From Styela clava (taxonomy: Eukaryota): DNA of 64,000 nucleotides. The stretch lies in assembly GCF_964204865.1 (NCBI RefSeq), contig NC_135261.1:6882001-6946000 (forward strand). Reading direction: 5' to 3'. Below the pieces are notes generated by a model. The model searched no databases. It worked only from the letters and a program-made list of their open reading frames with translations, and had not been told where the DNA came from. The position numbers and the translations under genes were made by a program. This document shows, one piece after another, positions 41,434 to 53,491 of the stretch; position 1 is the first letter of the stretch; the number at the start of each line of letters is the position of its first letter.

Positions 41434-44400
41434 ATGAAGATATTGTTGCTATCTCTTTTGTTTTGTCAGTTCGTATATGGATTCGCTCGAAAAGAGTTCA
41501 ATTCGATGGAATTCAAGGCAATGTTTGACAAAAAGGTATAAGTTGAAATAACAAAGTTTGAAATAATTACAGAGTTTCATCGTGCACGAATCGATACCAA
41601 AAAATTCTAGTTTTCTACTAATTTTCTGTTTGAAAATCTATAGACATTTTCATGTGTCTCAAAAATGTCGTGCCCCGTTCTCCAATTGGTCCATTTTGTC
41701 TTGTTTCCATTTTTGACTAGCTCCAATTTTACACTTATTGGTTTCCAAAATTATTCAGCTTCAACTTTCCATTTATAAATAAATACCTTAACATATTTAC
41801 TATAAAATTTTAAATTGCTTTGTTAAAATTTCAATCATATTTTTTCAGGTGAACGAAGAAGAAATCAATAAGTTTACTTTTCCGGAAGAGGATGGATATG
41901 TTGCCGGAAAACACAATTCTTGTGGCAGACTCAAGTAATGAAAATTTAATCATTTATTTTTAAACAACCTTTAATTTGAATCACTTATATGGAGCGTATT
42001 GCTTTAAACTGGCGCACTCTTATTAGAATTTTATATTCTACTGACTACAAAGTTCATTAACTTATGAAGAGTATATTTAATCAATTTCATCTGAATAATT
42101 GTATTGGGATTGTATATGAAAGGTAGCTGAACGTATCTTGACAAGACAAAATCAAATCAACATTAATAAACGGAAAAATTCGTTCCTGTATTGTGTGCGT
42201 TGTTTCCACAAATCAACGAACAAATTGATTATTGCACCGCCATTTTGTTTTGTGTATTGATAACTACTATTATGGCGTTTATACACCACGTTCTTTTTTA
42301 GGCTTTTCTCGGGCCCTGAGGACAGATGCTTCGCAAGTAAAGGCGATACATCAGGATCTCCAAACGCTTGTGATGACCAAAAATGCACACAGAAATCTGT
42401 TTACGGCTCAACCAAATGCAGATCCCACGTCAGGCTACGCCAGCCTTACAGACACACTGGTTTAGAGTGCACGTAAGTACATGATATCGTTATGAAAATA
42501 AAAAATTAATATTTTTAGAAGTAAGCAATAGTATTAAGTAGCGATGTAAGTTTAGGATATTTTGTTTCCGAATCAGAATGTTTTGATTCGAATAATTCCG
42601 AATCTGATTCTATTTAGTGCAATTCCATATTGTTATTAATTTTATTCAAATTTGGAATGCCTACAAGCTAAATTATCATTAAATGATATTAATTCAATGG
42701 AAAACATACAAGGTTGAGAGAAACAATACATTCAATGGATGCATCAAATACCCAAGTTTTAAAATTACATTCTAGTAGTAGGATTTTCATTTCTTTCCTT
42801 GAGGAGTGGAATGCCGATAAGACCATGTTACAGTCCATGTCGGGCATGGGATTAGGTCACTAGTTATTTGTTTTGGATGCATAGACCTGATTTCCGACCG
42901 CCGATTGAATCACTCTATGAGGGCGAGGAGTCCAGCAATCGTTTTGTACAGAATTTTCAACGGGAATCGAACCTGCTGATCCTGTAGGGTGACCAGAAGT
43001 GCAGTGACAAGTGTGTTTCAATGTTATCTATGCTCGATGCACCAACCGCCAATCCACAAGTATACTCAGACATGAATGACAATTAATTACGATTTACCAG
43101 TGAAAATTACCCAATTCAACAAAATGCATGAGAACCTACAGCTAAAAAAATTCCATGAATGAATCTTGGCAGCATATAAAAAAAAAACGAAAGCTATCGT
43201 AATAACAGTATAGAAAAAGCAAGTCCATCCCTCTTCTATTGGGAATATTTTGTAACATTGTTTACTCTATACCGTTTATTATATTTAGTGTAGGCTAATC
43301 TGCCGAAAACTATAAAATTAATGTTCAAAGAGCAATAATTCATTGTTAAATTCATCACACACTGATGTGATTTTTACGTTCAGGTTTCACCAGAAAGCTT
43401 GTGAAAACCAGCATGATAATCGTGAAATGTATCCGGAGCCGGAAGAAGAAACTAAGGAGCGACACATGTATCCAGCCCCGGAGCCTGGCGATGCAAAAAG
43501 CATTGGTCCGAGACCCTGCCTCTGTCAAACCATTTGGTGCATGAATGACATATACACGATTTACGAGAAGGACGGTGATTGTTACAAGGGCAATGTTACT
43601 ATCAAGGTTAGTAAGCTGTGTAGTGTACTTCACATATATTGTGTGATGACTTCAAATGAGATAAAAAAAAAATATCTTTTACAACAATTTAACATAATGT
43701 TTGAACGTACATTTTAATATTAAATTAAATTGTGTAAACGAGAGAGAACTGCACAAATTCTTATGTGTGTGAAGATTGCAGGACTCTTCGTCGTCGTGAG
43801 GGGGTGTACGTAATCGCTGGTCGGTTGTGGATTCCTCCGCCATCAAGTCTATGAATCTAAAACAAATAACTGGCGCCATATAATTACACTGCGTTGTCAT
43901 TTCGCCCTACATCCGAATAAATATAAAAATCCAAACATATCCTATCCAAATGAAGACACAAAACAGAACTGCAGTGCCGGCATTTTACTTACACTAAAAC
44001 CCATTATCTTTTCGTGCGAAAAATTTCAAATCAGAATCACAAATCAACGTTTTACGTAATTGGGACCTGCAGATATATGTGCACCAAGATGGCGCACAAC
44101 CTGAACATAGTATGTGTACCAGGTTAGGGTTCATGTTGTGCGCCATCTTGGTGCACATACTTCGGGAGCGCCCTGAAATGGTGATTAAGAATTACCGAAG
44201 ACTTTACAATAAATTCATCAAGAACAAAAAGTAATCTGATGGTAAGAAAGATCGTGATATTTATATCGTAAATGAAAGTTCAGTCAGTCAGTAATCAGTA
44301 ATTTATTTTTTCACCATTCTAAAGCACACAATGTGAATACACAATACAAGAAATAGGAAATATGGTACTTTAGGGTGAAGGGAGGCGCGAGACACCAAGA

Positions 44401-44531
44401 CTGGTGATCGAGCAGCGACACCCATACGTTCTTACAAGTATATCTTATCTTTCAAATTTCAGACTCCTTGCGGATGTGAATGCCGAAAGAAAAACATCAT
44501 GTTCGAATGGGGCTTTGTGTCAAACGTCTAA
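41434..44531 (+). CDS. Uncharacterised secreted Cys-rich protein with a probable C-terminal cystine knot, 216 aa. Exons 41434-41535, 41849-41934, 42302-42472, 43384-43606, 44463-44531
   Basis: TATA (CTATATAAAT, about 41314), signal peptide MKILLLSLLFCQFVYG, five GT-AG exons totalling 651 nt in frame, 14 mature Cys ending in CLCQTIWC...TPCGCECR. Supported by the paralog at 60971-62453. Confidence 0.82.
44282..44427 (-). mobile_element. 3' end fragment of a LINE-like retroelement. Related pieces at about 56086-56230 (+) and 63190-63260 (-)
   Basis: Absent from the duplicated copy near 38005 and flanked by GTTC. Shares GGTGTCGC.GCTCGA...CTCGCGCCTCC, then AAATAAA and a short tandem tail. Confidence 0.55.
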
Positions 44532-45305
44532 CCGCATGAGATATCCACGACATGAAAAAAGCTAAAGAAAATTTTGTGCATTCTTCCTGTAAATGTTGAT
44601 CAATTTTTTCTTTGATTAGATGCTACATGTCCAGCAAATCTTGTAACACGGAAAGATATAGGGTTAGGGTTGTCAAGCTCTAAAAACGGTGATATTGCTG
44701 TGGATTATCGCTGGTAATATATTATTATGCTGGTACAAACGCTCACCATCGCCCTGGTATTTACCAATCTTTTGCTCAAACATGGTGGAGAATTAATCCA
44801 CTGATACAACGTCTCATTGCTTATGGTTATGTCTTTTTATTTCCCTCATGCTCATGCATCAATTATTTAACCGAGGTTTCTGATGTGCAAGCTGGACTAG
44901 TAACGGCACGAGGGACCGTGGTTCATTCCTATATTAAGTTGCCTTTAACGGCGTCGTTGACAATAAGCTGTCGAAATCTACAACCAAATATTATACATGT
45001 TGGTGCATTTCTGTGCAAATGCTATTTTATTAGATTATACTGCGGACCTTGTCTTAGGTCTTTAGGTTCGAAGAGGATTGCAATCTCGATATGTAGTCAG
45101 TGTATTTGAACTTTACTTTTTGCAGTGTTAAATATTTATTTATTTTAGACTCGATTATAGACAATCATGACACAATTGATGAATATACCCAAGTGCATGA
45201 TGGCTAAAATTGCCGATTTTGTCCACTTTTCATCAATAATTCTTCTAGTTGCGTCTAATTTTGTTTATCCATTTTCTAAAAGCCGTAGACAAATATATTA
45301 TAAAC

Positions 45306-45706
45306 TTAGGCTGGTGAAGGCTGGATTCTGTAGGCTCCGTTTTTTGTTCCGTTTTTTTTTTTTTCATGAAGTTTACTCTCTGAAGTATCGACTTTTACTG
45401 GAAGTTCAACTACACACTCAGTTTGACCAACAGAAAGATTAGAACTTGTGACAGGTTGACTCACAGTCGAAACGATTGCACGCGATCGTACCGTTCTAAT
45501 TCTTGTGCGCCGACAGCAGTCAGGAGGTATTAGGAACGCAAAAAAAAGGAACAGACATGCCAAAGCACCTATACATCCAAAGGCACTGTAGACAATGGCT
45601 CGGGTACTCCCAATTCCAACTATGTATCCAATCGCCATAGCCGCTTGTATTGCGAACAAACCAAAACAAGCCCACGCCATTTGAGTTTCTTTTGAACATT
45701 TACAAG
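45306..45706 (-). CDS. Terminal exon of an unidentified multi-pass membrane protein; upstream exons unresolved
   Basis: TTTCAG acceptor, open frame to a stop, two hydrophobic helices followed by CC plus a basic cluster and a polar tail. Confidence 0.5.
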
Positions 45707-48049
45707 CTGAAACATGAAAAGTATGACAGATATTATAAGTTTACATTTTTTGAATTCTTGAATAAGATATTATATATTGGGGACTTTTTAAGATCTCTCA
45801 ACAATCGAATTCTCAATGCTTGCCTAAATGCATTGGCGAAAACTCTAGAAATAGTGGCGCTGTTTACCAGAAAAGTTTGTGAGAAAAGGGTGAACACAAA
45901 AGATTTCAGAGAAATTTTATATAAATATAAATATATGACTTCCTAGAAATTCATTCATTTTCAACTATATTCATACTGAAAATTGGAAAGCGGTTGGCTC
46001 TTGAGGCGACCAGGAAAGCGCTTTTTGTTTCAACCAAAAGAACATACTGAATAATGACAGCTCCATATCGTATCCATTAACATGAGTTCTACATAACTTG
46101 AATACTTCAGGTTCAGACATACGCATTCCCATTTAATTCGTATTCCTCGCTTGGTATATTTTGTTTAAGCGGTATTGTGTGGTTGACCTCATAATATTGC
46201 GACCGTGTATTTCTGACATGGTCATACTACGCCCGGTGGGCCAAGGTGGGTACGAAACTTCTTTTTTTCACTTTTGCTTTTGTAACACTGCAAATATACT
46301 TCATGAAATGTACATTTACGTCACACTAACACAGCCCACCAGTCTAGATAGGCAAATTTATTTATTTTTAGTCCAAAAACCTTGCCCTACCTTGGACTGT
46401 GTTGTATTTCTGTTTAACCCTATCCGCAGCATTTAATTCAAATTTGACTTTGAACTTAAAATATAAAACATCTTAAAAATTTACTTACTCATTTTTTGCA
46501 ATTGAATGCTTTTTTTTCTTTCTAGAGTTTTCTAAAGCTAATTCTGAAAACACACAAGAATGCTCGATTAAAAGTATAGAGAACTTTAAAAAATACCTTT
46601 TTGATTTGCCTATTGATTCTAAAGTAGGCTAATTGGTTAGATCACGGGGCACACGACCAAATGCGGCCCGCAAGAGAAAATTGTGCGGCCCGCGGAGAAG
46701 GGTCAATTTTAAATGGTGTGCGGCCCAAGAAACAAATTTTTGAATTAGTTTAATCTTGTAGGTGCGAGTAATTCCAATCCCTTTGCGTTGCAAAGCCTAT
46801 ACCTCAGTCCAATTTATTATCTAGGCTAAGGACGTTATAAAGGGCCTGACAGCTAGATTGTGCGATGCGTACAACGCATGTCATAAGATTCAAAACCAAA
46901 ATTTTGTGGTTGTAACTACTAGAAAGCTTATGTTGTATAAGCATGTATTACTACACTACGTAAACTTTCAAAAAAAAGTAAACCTAACGCTGTCGCCCAT
47001 ATGGGAAACGTTTGTATTTTAACTTAGCCTATACCTACTCAATGATTTCCGCTAGTAGTAAAAACCATCAGAATTTGACTATTTATATTTTTGCCATAGT
47101 GTAGGTCGTCTATGTATACAATCTGAGGTACTACCGTAGTATGTGTACCAGGTTAGGGCTATGCCATAATTCCATTCCATTTTTCTTGTTTTAGTTCTAT
47201 TACGAGTTCGGGGACTGTCTGTGTAAGCAAGTGAATATACGCCCTGCTCATAGGTTTTAGTACCTTTACACAACTTGAGATAAAGTAGGCGAACAAAATT
47301 AGTTACCTCAATATTGGTACACATACTTCTGGAACATTGAACTATTGTCTGAGGCTAATGATGCTGCCATTGCAAAGCGCAAATTTATGCGAAGGCTTAA
47401 ATTTGTACAAAACAAACATGAATGTAGCCTTGGGCTATTAATTGAAAAATACTTGTGGATTGACAATAACGATAACATATATTGCAAAAAAGTGAGTTAT
47501 CGAATTACTATCTAGACTTAATTACTGTTTATTTTGTAAAAATTTTAGTAAGTATACATCTGATAATATAGAAAATATACATGTCTTGTATATAAATTTT
47601 TCAATTTTTGTTTGAATATTTGATAAACTGCATGTTTGAAGATACATTCAAACTGTTGGCAAACAATATCGTTTGAATTTTAACAGTTGAGCGATTTGGT
47701 ATTAGGAAAAACGTGATCATATCCTCTTTTTATATACATTTTTATTTTATTCACAGTCAAATTTGCAATCACGATAAATGTCAAACGAATAAACCTGCAT
47801 GGGCCTCAACTAACAGAAAAATATAAAAGAAATTAAGGTTTTTCCAAACCAAAAGCCAATGATGAAACAAAAACGATGTCACCTAGTCTTGCTATTCCGC
47901 CACCAGGTAGACTATGAAGACAGCGCTGTTCACTCAGTTTAGGACATATATTTGTATTTGCTTGATTGATAGAGGGTGGTAACCTAATAGCAACTATGGG
48001 CGCACCACTTCGCAATCATGATGACTCAACAACCTTTTTAACTAGAATT

Positions 48050-48345
48050 CGGTTGGAAACCGAAGACTCATCGATCGGAGGTTAGGGGGATCCCCCAAAA
48101 CAGTGGTCTTACTCCATTGTGACACCGTGTGTCCCATCACTAATTAATTAATAACTCGCTAATTATACGACATAATTCATCCAAAATCGATAGGCTCCTG
48201 TTCCGAACTATGATGAATGCACATGCAAAATTTGGAGCAGATTCAACCTCGCTGAGATATCGCGTGTATCCAACAGACAAACAAACAAACAAACAAACAG
48301 ACAAATACCTATCAACATACTTACCGATCTTAAAATCGATAAGTA
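48050..48345. mobile_element. HINE/DINE-like non-autonomous element; partial copy at about 54345-54480
   Basis: AACTAG end, (ACAA/ACAG)n microsatellite, shared core CATCACTAATTAATTAA.AACTCGC.AATTATACGACATA.TTCATCCAAAAT. Confidence 0.55.
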
Positions 48346-48894
48346 ATCATAAACAAGCCGGTAGGCGCCCAATATCGATCTCCGTCATTGCTTGATGCCC
48401 GCGTAATTTCAGTTTACCGACGGGTAATAGCTGGCTATTGTACCGAGAAAATTGTACCAGAACTGCCAGTTCATTTGAGCGCTGTGCGGCTCGTCGGTAT
48501 CCGTGGGCATGGTTCTGTTGTGGCTAATAATTTCAATTCGTTCAGTACCCCAGACCGCTACGGTCCATATAAAATAACACAAACGAATAAACATAAGCAA
48601 ATACAAAAAAATGATGAAAACATGTTCACTAAAATTCCTTGGTTTATGGACTATCCAGATGAAAGACGACTTGTTCGAACGAGTATTTTCCTTCGCGGAG
48701 GGTAGCATTCTCAGAATTTTAATATTCGACATGGTTGACGAGAAAATGATAAAATTTATAGGAAAATGAGAATATTTTTAACGATCGGCGCGTTTTTGCT
48801 GCTGCCATGGAAACGGAACATCAATCCGGATTTCCGGTGAAACGCACAGAACTAGGATGACAGGATAACCTACCTGTGAAAATTCATACAGATC

Positions 48895-49156
48895 NNNNNN
48901 NNNNNNNNNNNNNNNNNNNNNNNNNNNNNNNNNNNNNNNNNNNNNNNNNNNNNNNNNNNNNNNNNNNNNNNNNNNNNNNNNNNNNNNNNNNNNNNNNNNN
49001 NNNNNNNNNNNNNNNNNNNNNNNNNNNNNNNNNNNNNNNNNNNNNNNNNNNNNNNNNNNNNNNNNNNNNNNNNNNNNNNNNNNNNNNNNNNNNNNNNNNN
49101 NNNNNNNNNNNNNNNNNNNNNNNNNNNNNNNNNNNNNNNNNNNNNNNNNNNNNNNN
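48895..49156. other. Assembly gap (262 N)
   Basis: Run of N; ORFs crossing it are artefacts. Confidence 1.
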
Positions 49157-49240
49157 AACGACGGATAATAAGGGTTTCCTAGAGCGAGATCCAATATTTT
49201 GAACCAACAAACACACTCGGAATAATGTATTATACTAGGA

Positions 49241-51708
49241 CAGTGGTGGGCAACCCCTGGCATGCGTGCCAAACTTTGCACGCGAGCCCATTTATTCGGC
49301 ACGCGAGCGATGTCTTTAAAACACGATCATTCTTCTTCAGATAAAAAGTTTCAAGACTTTGAATTATCTGATGAAACTAGGATGTTCGTTTACTTATTAT
49401 TGTTTGTTAACAATCCGTTATTTATGAAACTCTTTTTGTCCTTCCATGACATACGACTACAAAAAAATATATTATGATGTAACTAATCAGTGAGCTCTCG
49501 CGCAATTTTGTCGAAGAGAGCGCAGCATCCATTTCGCTATATTTTTGCATAATGTAGTTCGTCTGTGCCACCCTTTTTCGCCATTTGTGCTTGTTTTATG
49601 AAGTTGTACAGTACAGCTCATGTTGGTTATAGTTACTTGCTAACTTACTGTTATAAATTGATTTCCAAAAAATATAAGCGATTGGGAAGGGAATACAAGA
49701 GAGAAACGAATTATTGCGTGATTAGGATGCCATTCCCAACAATTTTACATGTCTTAAAATCTTCGCAACTGCATTACTTTCCATGTTTTCATTTACATAT
49801 GCTTGTGAATCTCTGTTCTCGGGTATAATCTTTATTAAGTCTCGTAACAGGAGTAGCCTGAAAGATGAAACCAGTAGTTCGTATATTTCATTGAAAGTTA
49901 TAAAATATGAACCTAATGTAAAACCTCAACGGTAATGCAGCAGCAGAAGTCTCACTGAAATAGAATGAGAGAAGTAATGAAGTCTTTTTGTCGTGCTGAT
50001 ATTTTCCCGAATAGTGAATCTGTCTGTACATGTTTGAAAGGTTTATTATTGTGTATTTTTGCTTTGAAAGTAGCAAAGCATTGTTTTTAATTTTGGTCGG
50101 CGCGCGGAAGAATTTTGTCGTTGAATTTAGCCGATTTCAGCAAGCGAGCCGAAAAAGGTTGCCCACCGCTGCTCTATAATTTCTGTTTTCTTTTGCCGTG
50201 CCGATGAGTTGATATTAAATGTTGGTCGTTACACTAAAAGTACAGAGATATTAATGAAAATCGTAAATTTTTCTGAAGTATCAAATATGTTTTGGATGTA
50301 CCATTAATAGAGTTGTGACCATACTCGAAAAAATTAATTCACACACATTGATTTGACATTTGAAAACTATGTGACTAGACTTGGTCTATACCAGGGGTGG
50401 GCAACCCCTGGCACGCGTCCCAAGTTTGGCACGCGAGCCCATTTATTCGGCACGCGAACGAGTCCTCGGAAACGAAATCATTTGACTCCAGATAAAAAGT
50501 TTCAAGACTCAGATGAAACTCGATGTTCGTTTATTCATTATCGTTTGTTAACAATCCGTTATTTATTTGAACTATTTTTGTCCTTTCATGACATATGTCT
50601 ACAAAGAAATATATTATGACGTAATATACAAATGAGTGAGCTCTCGCGAAATGTTTGTCAAGAAGAGCGGAGCATTCATTTGGCTACATTCCTACGTAAT
50701 ATAGTTCGTCTGTGACAATCTTTTTGTTCATTTCTGCTTGATTTATGAAGTTATATAACTCACGTTGGTTAGAGTTACCTGCTACCTTACTGTTATAGAT
50801 TGATTTCGAACTAAATATAGGCGATTAGGGAAGGGAATACAAGAAAGAATTGCAGAAAACAAATCATTGCGTGATTGGAATGCCATTCACAAAAAATTTT
50901 GAATTTGCATCTACATATGTTTGTGAATCATATCTATTCTCAGTAATTAACTTTATTAAGTCTAGTAATAAGAGTAGCCTGAAAGATGAAACCAGTTCGT
51001 TCGATTTCAGATGTTTACGGTTACGATTTATTTTGACCCCTAAATTGACATCTCAGGTACAAATCATCTTTATAATGTACTTTTTCTTCACAAATCGCAA
51101 ATTTATCTCCTATGTCTTTTAATTCAAAAAAATATCACCAACTGTATTGGTGAGATCTAATAAATGTGAAAAATAATTGAAGTACCAAGATTGCTGATTA
51201 TGGAAATTTGATGATAATTATGAATTAGTTTTTGGTCTAAATATATTGTTCACGATTTTATTTAAAAAAAATAGGGTTTCACTAAAATACTTCCATATGC
51301 CCAAACCACGCTGCATGTCTCTTGCAGGAGAGCGATCAGGAAACTATCTCGATTCGTGAATAATTTTGAGAAATACCGGGATAAAATCACGCGTAATTGC
51401 TTTGTAGCCATTGTGACGTAACAAGCTAAAATTATTACTGTAACGTCACGCTGCGGTTACTTCTTACCCGGTTAACGGTTAAAGTGTTTTGCCTGAAATT
51501 CCCAGCCCTACCCTAATCAAATCAATTTGTCGGACTGATATTTACTCGAATAGTGAATGTCAGTACATGTTTATGAGGTTGAATATCATGTATTTTTGCA
51601 GTGAAAGTAGCAAAAAATTGTTTTTAATTTCAGTCGGCACGCGGAAGAATTTTGTCGTTAAATTTAGCCGATTTTGGCACGCGAGTCGAAAAAAGTTGCC
51701 CACCCCTG
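49241..51708. mobile_element. Two direct-orientation copies of one hAT element (49241-50171 and 50392-51708) enclosed by a single TSD
   Basis: Each copy has CAG.GGTGGGCAAC/GTTGCCCACC.CTG TIRs and GGCACGCG subterminal repeats. TACTAGGA occurs at 49233-49240 and 51709-51716. Confidence 0.85.
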
Positions 51709-52768
51709 TACTAGGACAAGCGTGATCAACCAATACCAGGTTATTTAATCCAGTTGATGTTCATTTGATGTTGGTCCATGTTTAATCTAAGTCCGCAGCT
51801 AACGGAGGGGTATGTATTTCGTATTCATATTTGTGACTTTAAAACCAATTCTGCTCAATCACTGACCGCCAATCGCTACTATAAACCCCCGTAAAAACTT
51901 GAACAAAATGAAGCATATATATGTGTCTGATTGCACATCTCAGTTGTCATGAAAAAGAATACCATCATGGGATTAAATAGGAATAATTGGACCTGTTGAA
52001 CAATGGTTTATTTCTCTCTAGTTCGATGCTCAAATATATAGACACAACGAAGTAATCTGTCACAGTAGACTACCGCCACAAGGTGCGCAAATTTTTTAGT
52101 TTGATGGCGGCATCGCACACAGAAAAACAAATCTCATGGAATCCACAGAATTTTTTTTAAATAAATAAAAGTAATATTTTTCTAGAGAAAAATAAATCTG
52201 TAACAACTGAAAATTTTAAATCAATTTGTTCGTGGTTAATGTGAAAACCGATTTCGTCATAACAAGAAAAATACTAGGAAATGAACAACAACAACAAGTG
52301 AATAAAAAAAAAGATCTGAATGTACATTTCGTGCCCATAATCAATTCCAGCCTATGTCAGTTGCTTAAAACTTGACTTGTGTGACCCTGCTTCTCGACGT
52401 AGTCATACGCATTGTTTTTAGGTCCCATAAGGATTGAACACATAAAATTACCTTTTGATAATCGTTGATTGAAGCAAAACAATTTAATAACGTTTATGAT
52501 AAAATAAGTGGTGATTAAAATGAATTATGCCCCGTTTAGTAAACACAGTTTGAATTGCATCGTATATCGATTTGATAAATCGATAAAGTTTTTAGGTTGA
52601 GTATTCTGTATGAGCAGAGATTGATACACTGACTAGAACTGAACATGAAATTCTTAGGAGTTGTGGTTTACTCGTTTTCTGAAGCTTTACTATATCTAGT
52701 GTCTCTCGACGACAGCAATTTTATTAAAAAGGGAACTCTTGAGTTTCATTTTAAAATATTCGAAACCA

Positions 52769-53491
52769 ATGGCGATGAACCGCGGGAACGATACATTGAC
52801 TTCGTCTAATGCTGAGCTCATTCGAGCATATGAAGAAGAGGACTTGGCCAAGATTTATGCAAAATATGGATTTCCATATTGTTCAACGGTACCAAAAGAA
52901 ACTATGCAGTTTATCCGAGAAAAAAGACTCCCCGATACTGGAAATGGGAGATATGAGCGAATGTGGATGTGGAACATTATCAACACAAATATTTTCTCCG
53001 TATTTTCAATCAATTTTGGGTGTCGATATCAGCGAAGCCAAAATTAGTCAAGCGAAGATATTGAATATGTCCGAAAACATCACTTTTGAGTTATCCACAG
53101 CCACAAATTTCCAGTAGAAGACAATAGCATTGATCTGATCACGTGTGCGACATCCATTCATTTTCTTGATACGAAGAAATTTGAAAAAGAATGTCAGAGA
53201 GTTTTAAAACCTGGTGGATGCTGTGCTGCGTATTTGATTAATCTGCGAAGTGCGAGGCTTATCAACCACTACGAAAACGATCCTGCAACGTGCAACATAT
53301 CGTTGAGGCCTTTGATTGCACAACATTTTGTCGATATCAAAGTTCATCCTTGCAATTTCGACGCAAATGATGGAAATCGACCCATTATCATCGAATACAA
53401 AATCCAACTAGACAATGGCGTATTCATGAATACATTCGTATTCATGAAGGATTGTAAGGACAATCATATTGAGTTGATTGAGTTACGGTAA
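52769..53491 (+). pseudogene. Intronless class I SAM-dependent methyltransferase (Methyltransf_11-like) with two frameshifts
   Basis: Three consecutive frames give LAKIYAKY..., then GCGT.STQIFSPYFQSILGVDISEAKI..A, then PVEDNSIDLITCATSIHFLD...EKECQRVLKPGGC. Shifts are at about 52962 (within motif I) and about 53110. Confidence 0.82.

Larger units (their letters stand above)
37393..44880. repeat. Large inverted duplication: about 38556-39110 mirrors 40250-40800, and about 37393-38550 mirrors 43860-44880
   Basis: Direct reverse-complement matches, for example 38564 AGGCTTCGCCACTCTCATCAGG versus CCTGATGAGAGTGGCGAAGCCT near 40772, and GGCGCCAGTTAT near 38535 versus ATAACTGGCGCC near 43866. Confidence 0.85.

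Noticed and set aside
47833-48015. ORF with RLGDIVF, reminiscent of the presenilin/SPP GxGD motif
   Set aside because: It lacks the first Gly and any PAL motif, I found no in-phase splice path, and it lies next to a repeat.
48778-49302. Long ORFs in the track
   Set aside because: They are produced by translating through the N gap.
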